This document shows, in pieces, positions 13,008 to 64,000 of a stretch of DNA of 64,000 nucleotides. The number at the start of each line of letters is the position of its first letter. Positions within the stretch are counted from its first letter, which is position 1. The notes under the pieces are model-generated. The model saw nothing but the letters and a program-made list of their open reading frames with translations. It was not told the origin of the DNA and made no database searches. A program made the position numbers and the translations under genes. Origin of the DNA: Amoebidium appalachense (taxonomy: Eukaryota > Protista > Ichthyosporea); assembly GCA_963693365.1 (NCBI GenBank), contig CAVNZM010000009.1, positions 2,730,231 to 2,794,230 on the forward strand. Reading direction: 5' to 3'.

Positions 13008-13788
13008 TGAATGCGTCAAAAAGTACGAAGTGCACAAGAACAAACGGATAACACGATGCAGAATGCAAGCCATACATGAAGAGTATGCATAATAAGCAGA
13101 GCCCATCCTCAGGGGAGGCCCACGTCATCCACAGTACCCAAGTTTCGACCTATTCACCTCGTTAACGAAACCCAACTTAGATACTGTTTCACTTGAACAT
13201 GGGTAGGTCACCCGTCTTGATCAGAGACGAGCAGGGTTACTTATGCAGGCAAGGGCAGTGGGAAAGGCCGGAGGTTAAAGTTGCAGCAGTAAGCAGAAGC
13301 AAGAAAAATATAGATAGGAACTCAGGAGACGGGGCTTCTAGGAAGCTCCCCCGTCGCTACCTAAGTCGATACTTCCCTGGCTAACATACTACACCGACTG
13401 AAAAGAATTAAGTCCCGAAGGCAGCAGAATTCGCAATCAGAGGGGAAAATATGAGATTTGACCCACGCCGCAGGGTAGTAACACGCTTACTAGGGCGGAA
13501 CTTTAACGTCTTCGAACGGAAAGCTATGCCCCCGGATGTCAGCCGAAAATATGGTATCACCCATTGCTTTGGGCTTGAAAAAAGCCAAATCGATAGTCCG
13601 AGTTATGTTACGCCGGCGGGTAACATGCCGCATGGGTTCCAAGGGAGCTGTCGCCAACAGAGCGGTGTGTGCATGCGTGCGGTAACGCAATGTGTGAAGT
13701 GTGTCTATAGCTATGAGAGGGGGTATGCAGAAGTGGACAGATGAAGTGTGTGGAGAGAAAAACAGTAGGAAGAAAAGTAGACACCGGT
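13006..13788 (-). mobile_element. Poly(C)-associated repeat, long copy C (>=780 bp)
   Basis: Follows a ~80-nt G-run and is colinear with 57890-58677 up to AGTAGACACCGGT. May extend to ~13895. Confidence 0.9.
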
Positions 13789-14134
13789 GTGTGCAACCCC
13801 GCACAACATACATACACACACACACACACACACATAAATAAGCGAAGATTACAGGTAATCAACCAGAACAACAAATGACAAGCAAAACAAAAGGCGCCCC
13901 CCCCCCCTCCCCCCCTCCCCCCCCCCCAAAAAAAAAGAGAGAGAGAGAGAAAAGGGGGAGGGGGGGGGAGGGGGTCTTAGGGATGCTGTAGAATCGTCAG
14001 ATATTAGACAAATCGTACCAATACGATCATTCTCTCATGTATGAGAGAAAATTGTGACTAACGATGTGCAGAGCTGGTTAAGACCTGTTGAGTGTGCAGA
14101 GAAAATGGGAGGGGAAGGAGGAGGGGAGGGGAGG

Positions 14135-14169
<35 letters not shown>

Positions 14170-14983
14170 TGAAGTGTGTGCCGGGATATGTAACTTGAAG
14201 TGTGTGCCGGGATATGTAGGAGTTCTCAGCAACGAAAATCAAGCTCCTCAAGATGCATATTCTTGCAAGGTATTTGGGCTCCCAGGCAGACAGCCACCAA
14301 GTTTGTATACCGAACAGTCAGAGCACCGACAGCCATTAACGAGTGTGCGAAACATATACACTGTTGAACATTAGACCAAAAACAACACTTTTTTACCATT
14401 ACGGGCAATGCATCATATATTATTAGTGCTTGTCATCAAGGACAAACACTGGTGTGGGGCCGCACACCATTTAAGGCTGTGATGACTATCATGATCACGC
14501 TGCAACCCTATACAACCTGCATCCATCTATGATAGTACCTTTCAGCAGGGAAGTTGGTTGTGTAAGAGAAATAGATAGTTGGTGTCGGAAGTTTCTAGAG
14601 CAACGGCCCACGAAGAATTAGGGGGGGGGGGGGGGGGGGGGGGGAGGGGGGGGGGGGGGGGAGGGGGAGAGAGAGAGAAATATTATGGCAAAGCGGATGA
14701 GCAAATGTTCTTCCCAAGAACTTGATCGATCCAACCAATATGATTCATTATGATACGCGAATATACATTCATACATGACAACCTCAACATGCATCACGGT
14801 GTCACAATGATTACAACAGGCACATGCCACAAAGTGCACGATTCATACATTGAGCGGGCAGTACCAGGCTACCTATTTAAACAACTGCAGATTTAAGACA
14901 TTACACAAACACATTACATGCCTGACATTCGAAGATTCCATCTCAATTACCCATGGTGAGTCTCGGAGAGCCATAATATTGGG

Positions 14984-38656
<23,673 letters not shown>

Positions 38657-39438
38657 TTTCCTACTTTCTTATAACTCAAAATCATGTGGAGGTAACTGAA
38701 ACATGGACCTAAACTTTCTATTGTCCGGCACAGTAGTTTTGGCTGCGGGAAAAAAATGGGGAAAAATTACGTGATTGTTGCAATCTTGAGTGGCTCACGG
38801 CAACCACCTCGTTGATAGCACATGATATGTTCGAGGTGGTTATGAGAACACACACCATACGCACGCAGTACTCCGTGCGTGGCATTCACCTCTACCGATT
38901 TTGACGTCACAGTGAGCGATCGGATTTGAAAGGGGACTGCGGCTGTCGCAGCAAATACTACTGTAGTACTGTTTTTTTCTCTAAGCCACTACTAAACACA
39001 GCAACGGGTATATTAACAAGGCTAAAAAATAGGGAAAAAATACATAAGAAAACATATCGTAATATTTGGCACACATATTTTTAGTGATCAGTGCGAAGAT
39101 CACGGGCGGTTGTGCAGCGGGGCGCTGTGTAGTCCAGCCGAGGCAAGGGATACCAGAACCACCTGGTTAGCCTAAGTGACTGCAGCAAAACTCAGAACGG
39201 GTGGGAGATACATTGCAGAGTGTGAATAAATAGCAGAATACGCAGCCTCGACACGCACACCACACTCCACTCGCGCACTGCACATGCACTGCGCTCAGGT
39301 CACAGGAGGGCTAGTAAACGACACATATACCAGTCCGCACAGACACTGCACTTGCACTAGAGCTCAGTGCACTTTGCCACTTTGCATCCCTCGACACGCA
39401 CACTCCCACACACCACCCACCCCACACGGAAACGTACA

Positions 39439-39532
<94 letters not shown>

Positions 39533-39614
39533 CGTGGTACTACGTACACACACCGCACTCGGAAGGGGGCTACACACACACTCTCTCTCTTTCTCTCTCT
39601 CTCTCCCTCTTTCT

Positions 39615-39659
<45 letters not shown>

Positions 39660-39663
39660 TCTC

Positions 39664-39733
<70 letters not shown>

Positions 39734-40298
39734 CACACAGAAGGGGGTTCATCTCGGGATGATTGCACATGGAAAGCCTTGCACACCATCCCTCTCCCTG
39801 TCCTCTCCCCATTCAACACCGTGACTGACACCACGTTAACATACACGCTGAGTCTCTGCATGTCACTCTCTCCCTTCCTAAAAACATATACTGCCCACCA
39901 CCTTCCAGACTGAGTGGGCCCCGCGCCCCCCCGCCTCTTATAGATCTGTTTGTCTCACTCTCTGTCCCTCCCTCCCAATCCTACACACACACTGCCACCT
40001 CCTCACACGCACACACACATCACAGACTCCGCCACCGCCCCCCTCCCATCTTCACGTGAAACCTGTCTTTCTCGTTCTCTCCCTTTTTAACTTTCTCTCT
40101 CTCTTTCTCTCTCTCTCTACCCCCCCTCCCGGCCCCCCTTTTCCCTCTCCCTCTCCTCCCTCCATCCTCTCTCTCCCTCTCCCCCCCCATCATCTCTCTC
40201 TCTCTCCACACGTTGGCTAGCAACTTGTTACTCCTCCCCCCCCTTCCCCCCCCCCCCCCCCCCCCCGCCCTCTCCCTCTTTTGTCTCCTCTTTGGCTG

Positions 40299-40349
<51 letters not shown>

Positions 40350-42381
40350 CCTCCCCTCCCCCCCCCCCCCCCCCCGTTTTTTGGGGTCTCTAAATCTCCC
40401 CTAATCCATCCCTGCCCTCTCCCCCTACCCCTCCCCCCCCCCCTCCCCCCTCCCCCCTCTCCCCCTTCAAGGCTTTCTGTGAGCTCCGGGTTCTCTTTGT
40501 TCTCATCCGATCAAAAGGAACAGTGGGTATAAGAATAGCTGCGGCTGAAAGATGCAATAAATTAAGCTTTTTAAAAACATGGCCTCTCATCACTTTCACG
40601 CTGTACACACATATGGTACCTGGTAGCCTCGAGTCCCTGGAGTTATTTGCGATGACCCCCCCACACACACACACACACACGCGCGCGCGCACGCACACAC
40701 AAAAGAAGCATGTTTTGAACCAGACGTGCTAGATGCGAGTGTACTATTTTTTCAAATGCAGCTGCCCCCTCCTACGAATCATCCATTGTGTATATCCTTG
40801 TTCTTCTCCTCCTTGCGTTCTGCTGCTCGTCCGTGTCATGGGCTGCCTATGCCGTGTCGCTTCACATGTGCAATGCCATGCTGTTTGTGCTCGCTGTTAT
40901 TCTTCATATACAGACCATGTTTCTTTCCCCCCAAAGTTTTCTATCTGCAAAGGGCATCTGGCGTAGCCAACCCATATCAACAATAATACCCGGTTTGAAG
41001 GTGCTCGCTCTTGTTAGATACTATGCCTTGTCTGGCATGCCATTCAAAACGGGCAACAAGCCATCTGCCCTCATTATTGATAACAGAAAAAACCAGAAGC
41101 CTGCACACATCGTCAAACTTATGTAGCTATGAAAGTCGGCTTCTGTCATCGGATGTTATAATAAATAAACGAAGAGCGAAGGTGTGAAGAAAGGGTGGCC
41201 GGCCCCTATTTGCGATATTTGGCGCCAAAATCGCTTGTCCCCTCAAAAATGGGAACGTTGCCAATTCGCAAAGGTCTATCACACGCCCGCGCACAGCACC
41301 CTAGAAGCACACACTGTGGCGCACAAACACACACTCGCACTGTCACACCATATTAATAGCACAGGCCGGCAACACGCATGGGCCCTTACAAAGGGACACG
41401 TTACTCAGTAGTACCGTGTCACGCAATAACCTCCCTCCCCTTCCTCCCCTCCAGCCCCTCCCCCCCCCTCCCCTCCCACACACACACACATGCACACGTT
41501 ATGGTATAGGTGTGATAAAATATAGCAGTCGCTGTCCCCCAGCGGCAATGCCTTTTGGCCGATCTGGGCATGCACTTGACTTGGTTATGGACCTATAGCA
41601 CCCATGTTCGAGCCTCTGGCTTGGGACTTGATTTTTTTAGGCAGTCTGCTCTGGCTGACCTACAATATGATGATGTCCGGCTAGTCTACCATGACGTAGA
41701 CGCCAGACTTGCTATACAAGACATGTAAACATGTACACGTTCGGGCCCCGATCATGCAGGTGAACGCGCAACCCGTGCATTCCCCCCTCCCCCCCCCCCC
41801 CCCCCTCCCCCCCTCCCCTCCTTCCTTCCTCAGCCTCCCACCCCCCCTCAGCTCCCCCCCCCCACCCACCCACCCAAGTAAACCGACTGCTCTCTCCCTA
41901 CCCCTGCCCCCCCAATTTCACGGCGACCAGTAATAAACACAGGCATAGCGATCCCTCTCGCTTGAACCCTCCTTCCCTCTATCCCTCTCTTTCCCTTTCT
42001 CTCCTACTCTTTGTGGAAAATGCTCTCTGGGGGTCTACGCTCTGCCCGAGGCTCTATCACTCGCTCTGAGAATCTTTATCCCTCTCTTTCTTTTTCTCTT
42101 TGTCTCTCTAACTTTCCATGTTGATAGGTGTAAATTTTTATGTCGCGTTTTACCTCTTTCCCTCCGGGTATCTGCTACACTAGCTGGCAATGTGAACACT
42201 TTAGACTTTTTGTTGAATTCTGTTGGTCGTCACATTGAGTATTTATATGATTTTCACACAGTGTTCAGGTATCTCAGTATGCACTTGTTACTGGATAACT
42301 CGTGAAGTTTTTATTGTCTTCTCAGTGTGCCGTGCATACTTGCATATCTTTCCGTCGAATAAATCCAGTCAAAAGAAAAGG

Positions 42382-42420
<39 letters not shown>

Positions 42421-42959
42421 CCGTCTCTCTCCCTCTCTCTCTCTCTCTCTCTCCCTCCCGGAGATCCCCTACTGTGCACACTACCTGCCCTCCCCAAAAA
42501 ACTAAGTGATACGGATTTGACCAATCAAATAAAGCCACAAATGGTGCGCATATCTGAGAATTGATTGGCTACATTTTCCCGCCAAATCCTGTGCGCCACC
42601 GGCACAGACGCGCGCACACACAGACGAGTTCGAACTAAAACTTCGTGCTGAGGCCCCCAGGGAAAGTTACAGGCAAGGGCAGTTCAAAGCCAAAATCCAA
42701 CATAACTAACCTATGTAATAACAGGCTAGAAGACTCAGAAACAGCATATGTGTGTGAGGGTTTTGTTTTTCATTGTAGAGCAACAACCTTCATGCTAAGT
42801 TTCCTTGCAACCGCTAAACATCTCACTTTGGAGCAGTTCATCTTTCAGTCTCAGGAGAGCGAGCGGTTGACAGTAATATCTAAGCACATAGGCACCCTTG
42901 CTCTCAAACGGTTCATTTCCAGTTTTTTCCACTCGACACTTTGTTTTTAGCTCATCAAG

Positions 42960-49625
<6,666 letters not shown>

Positions 49626-49793
49626 TTGTATGAATGCATTTGTGGGCCGGTGTTCTAGTTTTTCGAAAACCCTGTCTCATCTTTTCCTACTTCTTCTGTT
49701 TTGATCATCTCTGTTGTGTGTTGTATTATCTCGTCGTTTGCGTAGTTTATCCAGCTATCAATCAATCTTTTTGTTTGGGAAGGGAGGGGCCCC

Positions 49794-49827
<34 letters not shown>

Positions 49828-50318
49828 GGTATTACTCAAAAGGTTGTGCGTTCATGATCAACACTCCCGCAACTTTAATTACGAATGTCTTGGTGGTGCG
49901 TAATTCATGTTTTTAGGCAATCCCGGAAGTTTGGCGCCAGCCGCCCTCTGGGCAACCATCGTACTGAAACACGTATATTATTGGTGGGAGATCGAATCCG
50001 GTTGGGTCGGAAACCGTAAGAAGAAATTAATGGGATCTCTGCTCCTACAGTACCTATATGTACCTGTGCATCTCGCTGACGCACCTTGTATGATGCTGCC
50101 CAAAAAAAAGCATTCCATATATGAAATTAACCGATCGGTGTGGCTGCAACTGGCACGCTGTGGAGCCACCAAGCAGCATAGTCGGTGACGTTAAATGGGG
50201 TTTCTTTTAGGTCGATATATGGTCACCGCTTTTTGGTGCTCGGGTCGGGCCAACTGCTGTTTGATGAGTATCAAGCCATATCATATTGCATATATCCCAT
50301 TCGGGTCTGACCCGACCC

Positions 50319-50876
50319 GAATACCTAAAACAAACCCCCTTGAACACTTTCACAAGATAATCACGCAATATAACAAATGGAAAAAGATACCACACGACAC
50401 TAGACCCGATGAAAGCATACACCTTGAAAAACTAAGCCTTATGTCTCGTTTTATATATACTGACCGCCTCAACCATATTGCCAAATATGGCACTCCCAAA
50501 TGTATAACACCTAAATACATATTACCTTCCTGTAGAACTGGTCTTTCTCTAGCTGATGGTATTATTGATCAATTACCACGCTTTTACTGTACACGTGCTA
50601 TACAGTGGAGATCTAATAAGTATAAGGTGGCATCATTTGCATGCCCAAACAACACACACACACACCAGTTTAAAAGGTCATGTATCGCCAAATGTAGTTT
50701 GATAGACCACATAATACCGCAACACACACACGTCACATTCACAACAGACACCCAGAAAGATAGCCTACCTGTAAATTACAAGATCCTTGATTTTATACTA
50801 AACACGCGTAACTACGACCTGTTTATTAGATGTATTGATTGGCTTGAGAAACACATCACTACAAAATTCTAGCGCA

Positions 50877-50916
<40 letters not shown>
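50319..50916 (+). mobile_element. 5'-truncated non-LTR retrotransposon (LINE-like) ORF C-terminus with (CA)n tail
   Basis: Intronless, microsatellite-free AT-rich ORF (50195-50872). The stretch ILPSCRTGL..DGII..LP....RAIQWR...CP...H.F.RSC...C...LDFILN resembles the Cys/His C-terminal region of non-LTR element ORFs (recognised from memory, not searched). The stop is followed almost immediately by (CA)n. Confidence 0.55.
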
Positions 50917-50917
<1 letters not shown>

Positions 50918-50948
50918 CCAGCTGATACCGAGTGTCCCAGGGGAGCCC

Positions 50949-50984
<36 letters not shown>

Positions 50985-51062
50985 GGGGAACCCCAACTAA
51001 TTGATTTCTCTTTGTAGTCTTTATGGTGTCTCGTAGAGAAAGTAAACCCTGATATATAGTCA

Positions 51063-51455
51063 TCACCCGACATCTATGTACGTGATCATGATATACTGCT
51101 GAGGGGATATTCCGAGCAAAAACCCCCCCATACCTGAGACTGGTTTCTCTTTGCCTCGAGTAAACAGCGTAAACCCCCCTTGAACACTTCCCTGTTTATT
51201 ACGTGGCTTTGACGTCAATATCATGCAACGCCGCAGCATGCGTGCCGAAATATAGACCTTAATTAGCTTTTCGTTATTTCCCTTGAATAGGTGTGCAGCC
51301 GATAATGTGTGGAAAAGGGGTGAGCTGTGTTCGCCCTGCACGACTTGCACTGTTGTATCTCTTAAATCTTTCAACGTGTTGGTGCATGCATATGTGCATG
51401 CATATGCGCAGTGACAAAGAGGGATGAGATTGCGGGGATGTGGGACACCAGTTAC

Positions 51456-51516
<61 letters not shown>

Positions 51517-51810
51517 ACACACACATCCCACCTCACCCCCTCCCCCCAACCGCCATTATGACCGGTGCCTTGCTTGTGGTGCCCTGTGTGCTTTGCAACA
51601 TCTGCAGGGGGTTGTTCGTCGTGGATGATATCGAGTTAAACGTGTGTATATACACTCCGAACCCTGTAGTAATGCATATACTAGCTAGCTACGACAATCT
51701 CTCCCCCCCTCTCCGACCCCCCCCCCAGCCTCCGAAGTTCCCCTTCCACCACCAATGCCACCACCAGCACCAGCACACACACACACACACGCGCGCGCAC
51801 GCACGCACGC

Positions 51811-51875
<65 letters not shown>

Positions 51876-51930
51876 GGCAGGGTGCACCACCGCCACCACA
51901 TAGGTCATCAGGGGCACTGGCAGCATTCAT
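51063..51930 (-). CDS. Possible orphan spliced gene (~147 aa), unverified
   Basis: Three phase-compatible, stop-free GT-AG segments: 51930-51873, 51663-51551 and 51335-51063. No recognisable domain. Confidence 0.25.
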
Positions 51931-52408
51931 GAGTTAACTAATTAATGGGATGAATAACGAAAAAATTCAGGACCAATGATTGTCGCACCATCGCTCGATT
52001 AGCCAAATATAGAAATTTGGGCGGGAAGTTTTTGGGCGCCAAAAAAAAGGTTTAATGAAACAATCAAAAAAGTAGGAATATCGATACAATGTACAGGACA
52101 TCAGATCGAAGAACTTCAAGGCCTGTATCCGTGGTTTATTCATCCTGTACATGTGCACACGTGCAAGCAGTGATGTGCACACGCGTGTTCAATAGTACGT
52201 AGACAGAGCGCCAATACACACAAGCTTGGCTGGTGTAGCAACAGAGACCATTGAACGTCAACTCGCACATATGCAAACACACGTGATGATGCATCGCAGT
52301 ACGCGTACACACACACATAGTTTTAAACATCCTCCTATGCTATAATCACTATGATATGTAGCTACACGTCACGCGCAGAGATTTAACAGCCATGCGCGCG
52401 TGCGCGCG

Positions 52409-52446
<38 letters not shown>

Positions 52447-53047
52447 CTACATCATAGTAGTATTCCATATACGCACACTACACTGTGGCATGTCATGATC
52501 ACACAGCACCATATACACACATATACAGACATGATATACACACACAGCACTGGTACCTTTATTTCTACAAAGCTTTTTGGTTTGTTTTATTAACGCACAC
52601 AAATGCACACAGACACAGCACCACATGCACACAATTCTACTCACACGTACAATTGCACGCGACAGCATAAGGTTGCACGGCGGCAGACACACACACAGAA
52701 CCATAAGCACACACCTTGAGACACGGTACGCACAAAGCACCATGTGCACACAGACACACACACACAGTCACTGAAAGCACCACAAACACACACTAACACC
52801 AAATGCAGGCGTCCATTTATCCACAACGTCTGCAGTGTGTCGGTTTTGGTTTGCTACTTGTGGACACATAACCAACCGGGAATTTATTCAGAACTGCAAT
52901 CGCAAGGGCATTGTCACCCTAATTCTGGTTGCACATACAACTTATCACATAGTTACATGTCCACATATGTGTGTGCTCACACAAAATACAAAACTTACAT
53001 ATATGTATACCTGCATTTACGCACAAAAGAATACATGCCCTGACTGC

Positions 53048-53132
53048 CGGGTACATGTGCACACACAAGTCGGGTTAAAAATCACGCCTTCGGGTACATG
53101 TGCACACACAAGTCGGGTTAAAAATCACGCCT
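53048..53132. repeat. 43-bp tandem duplication
   Basis: CGGGTACATGTGCACACACAAGTCGGGTTAAAAATCACGCCT occurs twice. Confidence 0.9.
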
Positions 53133-53739
53133 GCGTCGCACCGTCACCTTATGGTTTCCTAAAAACACACCCAACCATCAGCGTCATCGCCATGCACGTT
53201 TCATATACAGTTTCTAACTCATGGGTGCCCTTGCACTGATCATGCACTAAACTTCGTAATTCCTCAGGTTGGTTTACAGCCGGGTCTGGGAAAAAAATTC
53301 AACGCGCGTCGGATTTTCCTAATAATGTTAGGCATCAGAACTGATCATCCAAGTAAACAAGTAATAACCAGAGCACCAACTATACATATCTCGACAACAC
53401 AAGACTATTTGAGAGTTCGAAGCACAAGCAGGAGAAAAAAATAGCTTTCAACACATCAATCTGTTCAAAGAGAAAAAAAATAGCACCCGCATATCACAAT
53501 GCCAAGGGTACAAACACACCATGACCTGTTCTTGACAATAAAGTCATAACCGAACTAGTTGGGATAAAAAGTTCCAAAAAGGCACACATCTATAACAAAA
53601 GAGTCCGTAGTGAAACATCCTTCCTCCTCCCAATCATGCCTGTTATGAGCCCCTTGAACCCACCTTCCCCGCCCCTCCCCCCGCCCCCCCAAAAAAAAAA
53701 CCCACAACCACAACTCTCTTTCACTTCACTCCATAGCCC

Positions 53740-55035
53740 TCACTGCTTGCTCGGCACCACCTTTCCTTCTTTTGCGTTCCATGGGTCCATGAAAAAGTCA
53801 AATTTGTCCCCGGCCAGATCGTTAGCGTACGATGGCTTGCATGGCAGCACGAAGATGGGTGCAGAGGGGCGACGCATCACAGGGCTGGGTGTGCTGACCA
53901 GCACCGGGAGGAGAGCGTCAAGGGTCCCTGCTTCGCGCTTGAACACTGCGCCAAACAAAACATGAGAAGTGGAAAACAATACATGTTTCATGATTCACGG
54001 ACATGAAAAAAGGCTGAAAGACAACGCGTTAACACAAAAAAAACCTCATTTCATGGAACAAAGGGAGGAAAGGGTGGTGCAGGAGAGAGAGAAAAAGAGG
54101 GAGAGGGAGAGGGAGAGAGAGAAAGAGAGAGCCTCGCCTCGGAATGTGTGTGCGCATGTGTGTTGGAGGGGAGGGAGGGGGGGGGGGGGGGGGGGGGGGG
54201 GAGGGGGAGGAAGGTGATGCCCCAGTCTTCACTTTCAAAAAAAAAACGTGCCCAAGAACTATACGTGCACACACACGATCCCTTGTGTCACACACAACTC
54301 ACGTCAACGTGTACAAGCCCAGTCATTCAAAAATGCTTGTCGCTTTCCATCCTGCTATCCAGAAGATCAAATTTGTAAACGACACAAAGGAAACCGAAAA
54401 GAAACTCACCAACAAACGACCCCTCGAGGTCAACCGGCTCATCAAGACGCCACGAGCGAGTGTACTGTGGAGAGTCCTTGAACGGAGAGAACCCCTGGCC
54501 CCACGCCTCAAGATGGAGATTACCGTCCTGCACGTCACATAAGAAAATCAGTAGGGATCCAAGCTCAGGCAGTGAAATTTGCGAGGCGAAGATGTGAAAG
54601 TGAAAACATGAAGCAGCTAATCTACAGCAGGTGCACTCTCGATTTAAGTAAAAAGCTCCTTATATTGCAGACCACGCGGTTGGTTTCGGAAAACAAGCAG
54701 AAATGAACGGACACCAAACGCTAGACACACAAGAGTCCCCACACCCAACAACCACAAAATAAAACCAAAAAAAAAAAAAGAAGGGGAAAGAGAGACGTGA
54801 ATGGTTAAGTTGAATTAATGCAAGATCACGCACCCACCTTTGAGGTGTAGGAAACTCTGTAGTGCCCAGGAAGCAGGCCGGGTATGTCAGCGTGCAGTTT
54901 GTAGCAGCTGCGGTCAAAAGTGACTTCGCTAGTGGGGCAGAGGGCAGGAGCTTTGCGGATAGCAAGCCACTGCCACGGAGCACCCCTTTGGAAAGGGTCG
55001 GCCCGGGGAGTGAAAAAGCGGAGTGTGCGTCCCAT
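53740..55035 (-). CDS. HSP20/alpha-crystallin-domain-like protein, 3 exons, 173 aa
   Basis: Exons 55035-54838, 54527-54410 and 53945-53740 join in frame. YKLHADIPGL...YRVSY..KDGNLHLEA...YTRSWRLDEPVDLE...GTLDALLP follows the alpha-crystallin beta-strand pattern. Confidence 0.7.
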
Positions 55036-57089
55036 CACAGTATGAAATTGTAGGGAAACCAAGAAATAGGACGCGGAAAAGAAGTGGAAAAAAGGCTGGG
55101 AAAAGTAGCTGGAAGAGTGATGTTTGTTCAACTCAACCGTAAGTGATTTCTTTCTAAGCCTTGAGGCTTTTAGCTGACAGTTAACAACAAGCTTCTATCT
55201 CGTTGGTTAGCAGCTTGATAAAAATCGTTAGGTTGACAACTACGATCACGTGTCACCTAGCAAAATCCACGTTATAAACGCTTCTTTCAGCAAAAAAAAA
55301 AAAAAAAAAAAAAAAACACGTTTTCTCAGTTCTTGTTTGCATTCGATCGCACTGAAACTAGGAAACTGACAGTTGGTCGCAGGCTGTCGGCTTTTATGCG
55401 GATCAAATGACCCGATTTTGCTCGGTTTCGGTTCGAGTCATTATCGGCCCTGACCCGCTTTTAGATGCTTTGGAATGTAGCAGAAAACTGTACTAATAAG
55501 TAATAAATTTCATCTATATTAATACTTCATGATAACTTGCGGCATTCCTGTAGCCAAATACTATAGCATTCATGATTTGTTTTAGTCCTTTAGGGTGCCT
55601 GAACCTGCCGGGTTTTACTTCTGAGCGTGAGCCGGCCGCGGGGCCGCTGGCCCGGAAGATCGCCGATGCAGTCGACTGTCGTTGAAGTGTGAACTGGCTC
55701 AGATTCCAGGGCTAGGCGTTTCCCTAGTGGCTAATAGCATAATGCCTTTGAAAATACATGACATTTATCCAATAGAATATCTTTGAATGCCAGTGCTTCA
55801 GGTTACATACGCGACTCCTGCTGAAGATAGTTTAGTTGTTTGAAAACTGAACACAAATGTTATTTTTTATAGCATGTAGCATTTTAGATGCATAAAGGCA
55901 CGTTACATTTACTCGTTATGATGAATAGTCTTGAAAGCTGACCAAAGAATGCGTTTGAATTTCAGAGAATCTCGAAGAAGGCTCGGGCTCCATCATCGGA
56001 TCTGTTGACTATATTCCGATGAGTGCATGATTATAGGCTATTGTATTTTTAAAATGAATATAAACTGTTGAGTAAGCCAATTGTATTAATTTTGTGACAA
56101 ATATTTGTCCGAATCAGTTAAAATGATTGGCTCATGTAAGATTTAGGAACTCTAAACCAATCAAATCGAATAAGCTTTGAATCAAATACACTCAGATATT
56201 TAGCTTGTAACCTCAAGATTCAAGCGTTTTAGCTTTGTTCTTGATTGGGTTCGACACAAAATCATTTCCTACGCTCTGGATTGACTTTGAATTCAACTGG
56301 GAACATGGCGCAGCACTTCCTCTGGAGCTCCGAGGCGGGAAGAATGCACACGCGCAAGCACACACACACACACACACACAAAGCTTGCCGCATGATTTAG
56401 CTGCCAACGACGGGCGCAAGCGCAAGCGTCAGAAATGGGATCCCGCTTGTGAAAACATACACACACACACACGCAGAACTTGCATTTAGCTGCCAACTTG
56501 AAGTACACGGGACAAGCGCAAGCTCAGAATGAGATCCGCCGTTTGTAAGTCATGTAAACCGGCCGAGATGCACCTGAGGGCACCATCTGGAAAACATGAA
56601 CTTGAAAACAACCCACGTGCTAACTGTGGTCCTGGACCACTATGCAAAAAAGGCAATGCCAAGAACGCCCGCTTGATCCTGAGGTTACCGATGCACTTAT
56701 AGCTGGTCGGTCTAGGAAAGCAGAACGTGATGGCCAGAATTCAGCGGTTTAGTACTGCCTTGAAGGGCAAGACACATGTTCCGCTGGCAACTTCAACTGT
56801 GTTATGCCATTGGCTTGAATATCGGCACCTTTACTCATAACTTTGTTGTCAAAATGGTCACCCATATCAAAGTGAGCACAGTTCACCCACTTGTTTCCAT
56901 AAGATCGGCACCAAGGCATGCAAACTATTGTAAGTGATCCCTAGCAAATAGCTAGTCCCAGTTACCATAGCTCACCCACCCCTCCTATAGATTCCAACGT
57001 GTCCAGCCAGTGGCACGTTTTCCCTCCTCTCCACTCTTCACAACCACACCCTCTCTACATATGAACAGAAAAGAGAACATGTCACGCAT

Positions 57090-63875
<6,786 letters not shown>

Positions 63876-64000
63876 CTGCACACCCCCACAGTCATCAGCA
63901 ACTTTACTTTCCCTTTATACTCCCCCCCCCCCCCCCACACACACACACACAACTTCTCCCACCCTCTCCGCCCTTCTTCGCCGTTCCCCTCTTTTTGCTT

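Noticed and set aside
13193-13744. Recurrent ORFs inside the repeat (MRFDPRRR..., MGSAYYAY...)
   Set aside because: They recur only because the repeat recurs. Copies differ by frameshifts and no domain is recognisable.
40940-41760. Exon-like plus-strand segments between UBE3B and GINS4
   Set aside because: They are short, stop-terminated and cannot be joined into a coherent gene.
55290-56210. AT-rich block upstream of the HSP20-like gene as a transposon
   Set aside because: No terminal repeats, second copy or ORF could be established by eye.

Overview
Eukaryotic, intron-rich genomic DNA saturated with poly(G)/poly(C) runs and (CA)n/(GT)n microsatellites. The gene content suggests a unicellular opisthokont/holozoan, which is an inference only. 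Almost all ORFs in the supplied track are low-complexity artefacts, so genes were rebuilt by hand from exons. Genes: the 5' part of a PI4K-III-beta gene (-, runs off the left edge), a 30-exon UBE3B-like HECT E3 ligase (-, 14984-38656), an 8-exon GINS4/Sld5 (+, 42960-49625), a 3-exon HSP20-like gene (-, 53740-55035) and mitochondrial ribosomal protein L3 (-, runs off the right edge). Also present are five identical tRNA-Leu(AAG) genes, a LINE-like 3' fragment ending in (CA)n, and MITE-like elements. Two linked observations stand out. (1) Most introns have degenerate 5' splice sites followed within about 20 nt by a sense-strand poly(C) run. (2) A non-coding, structured, 5'-truncated retroposon-like family with a fixed 3' end inserts into poly(C) runs, repeatedly the ones next to splice donors.
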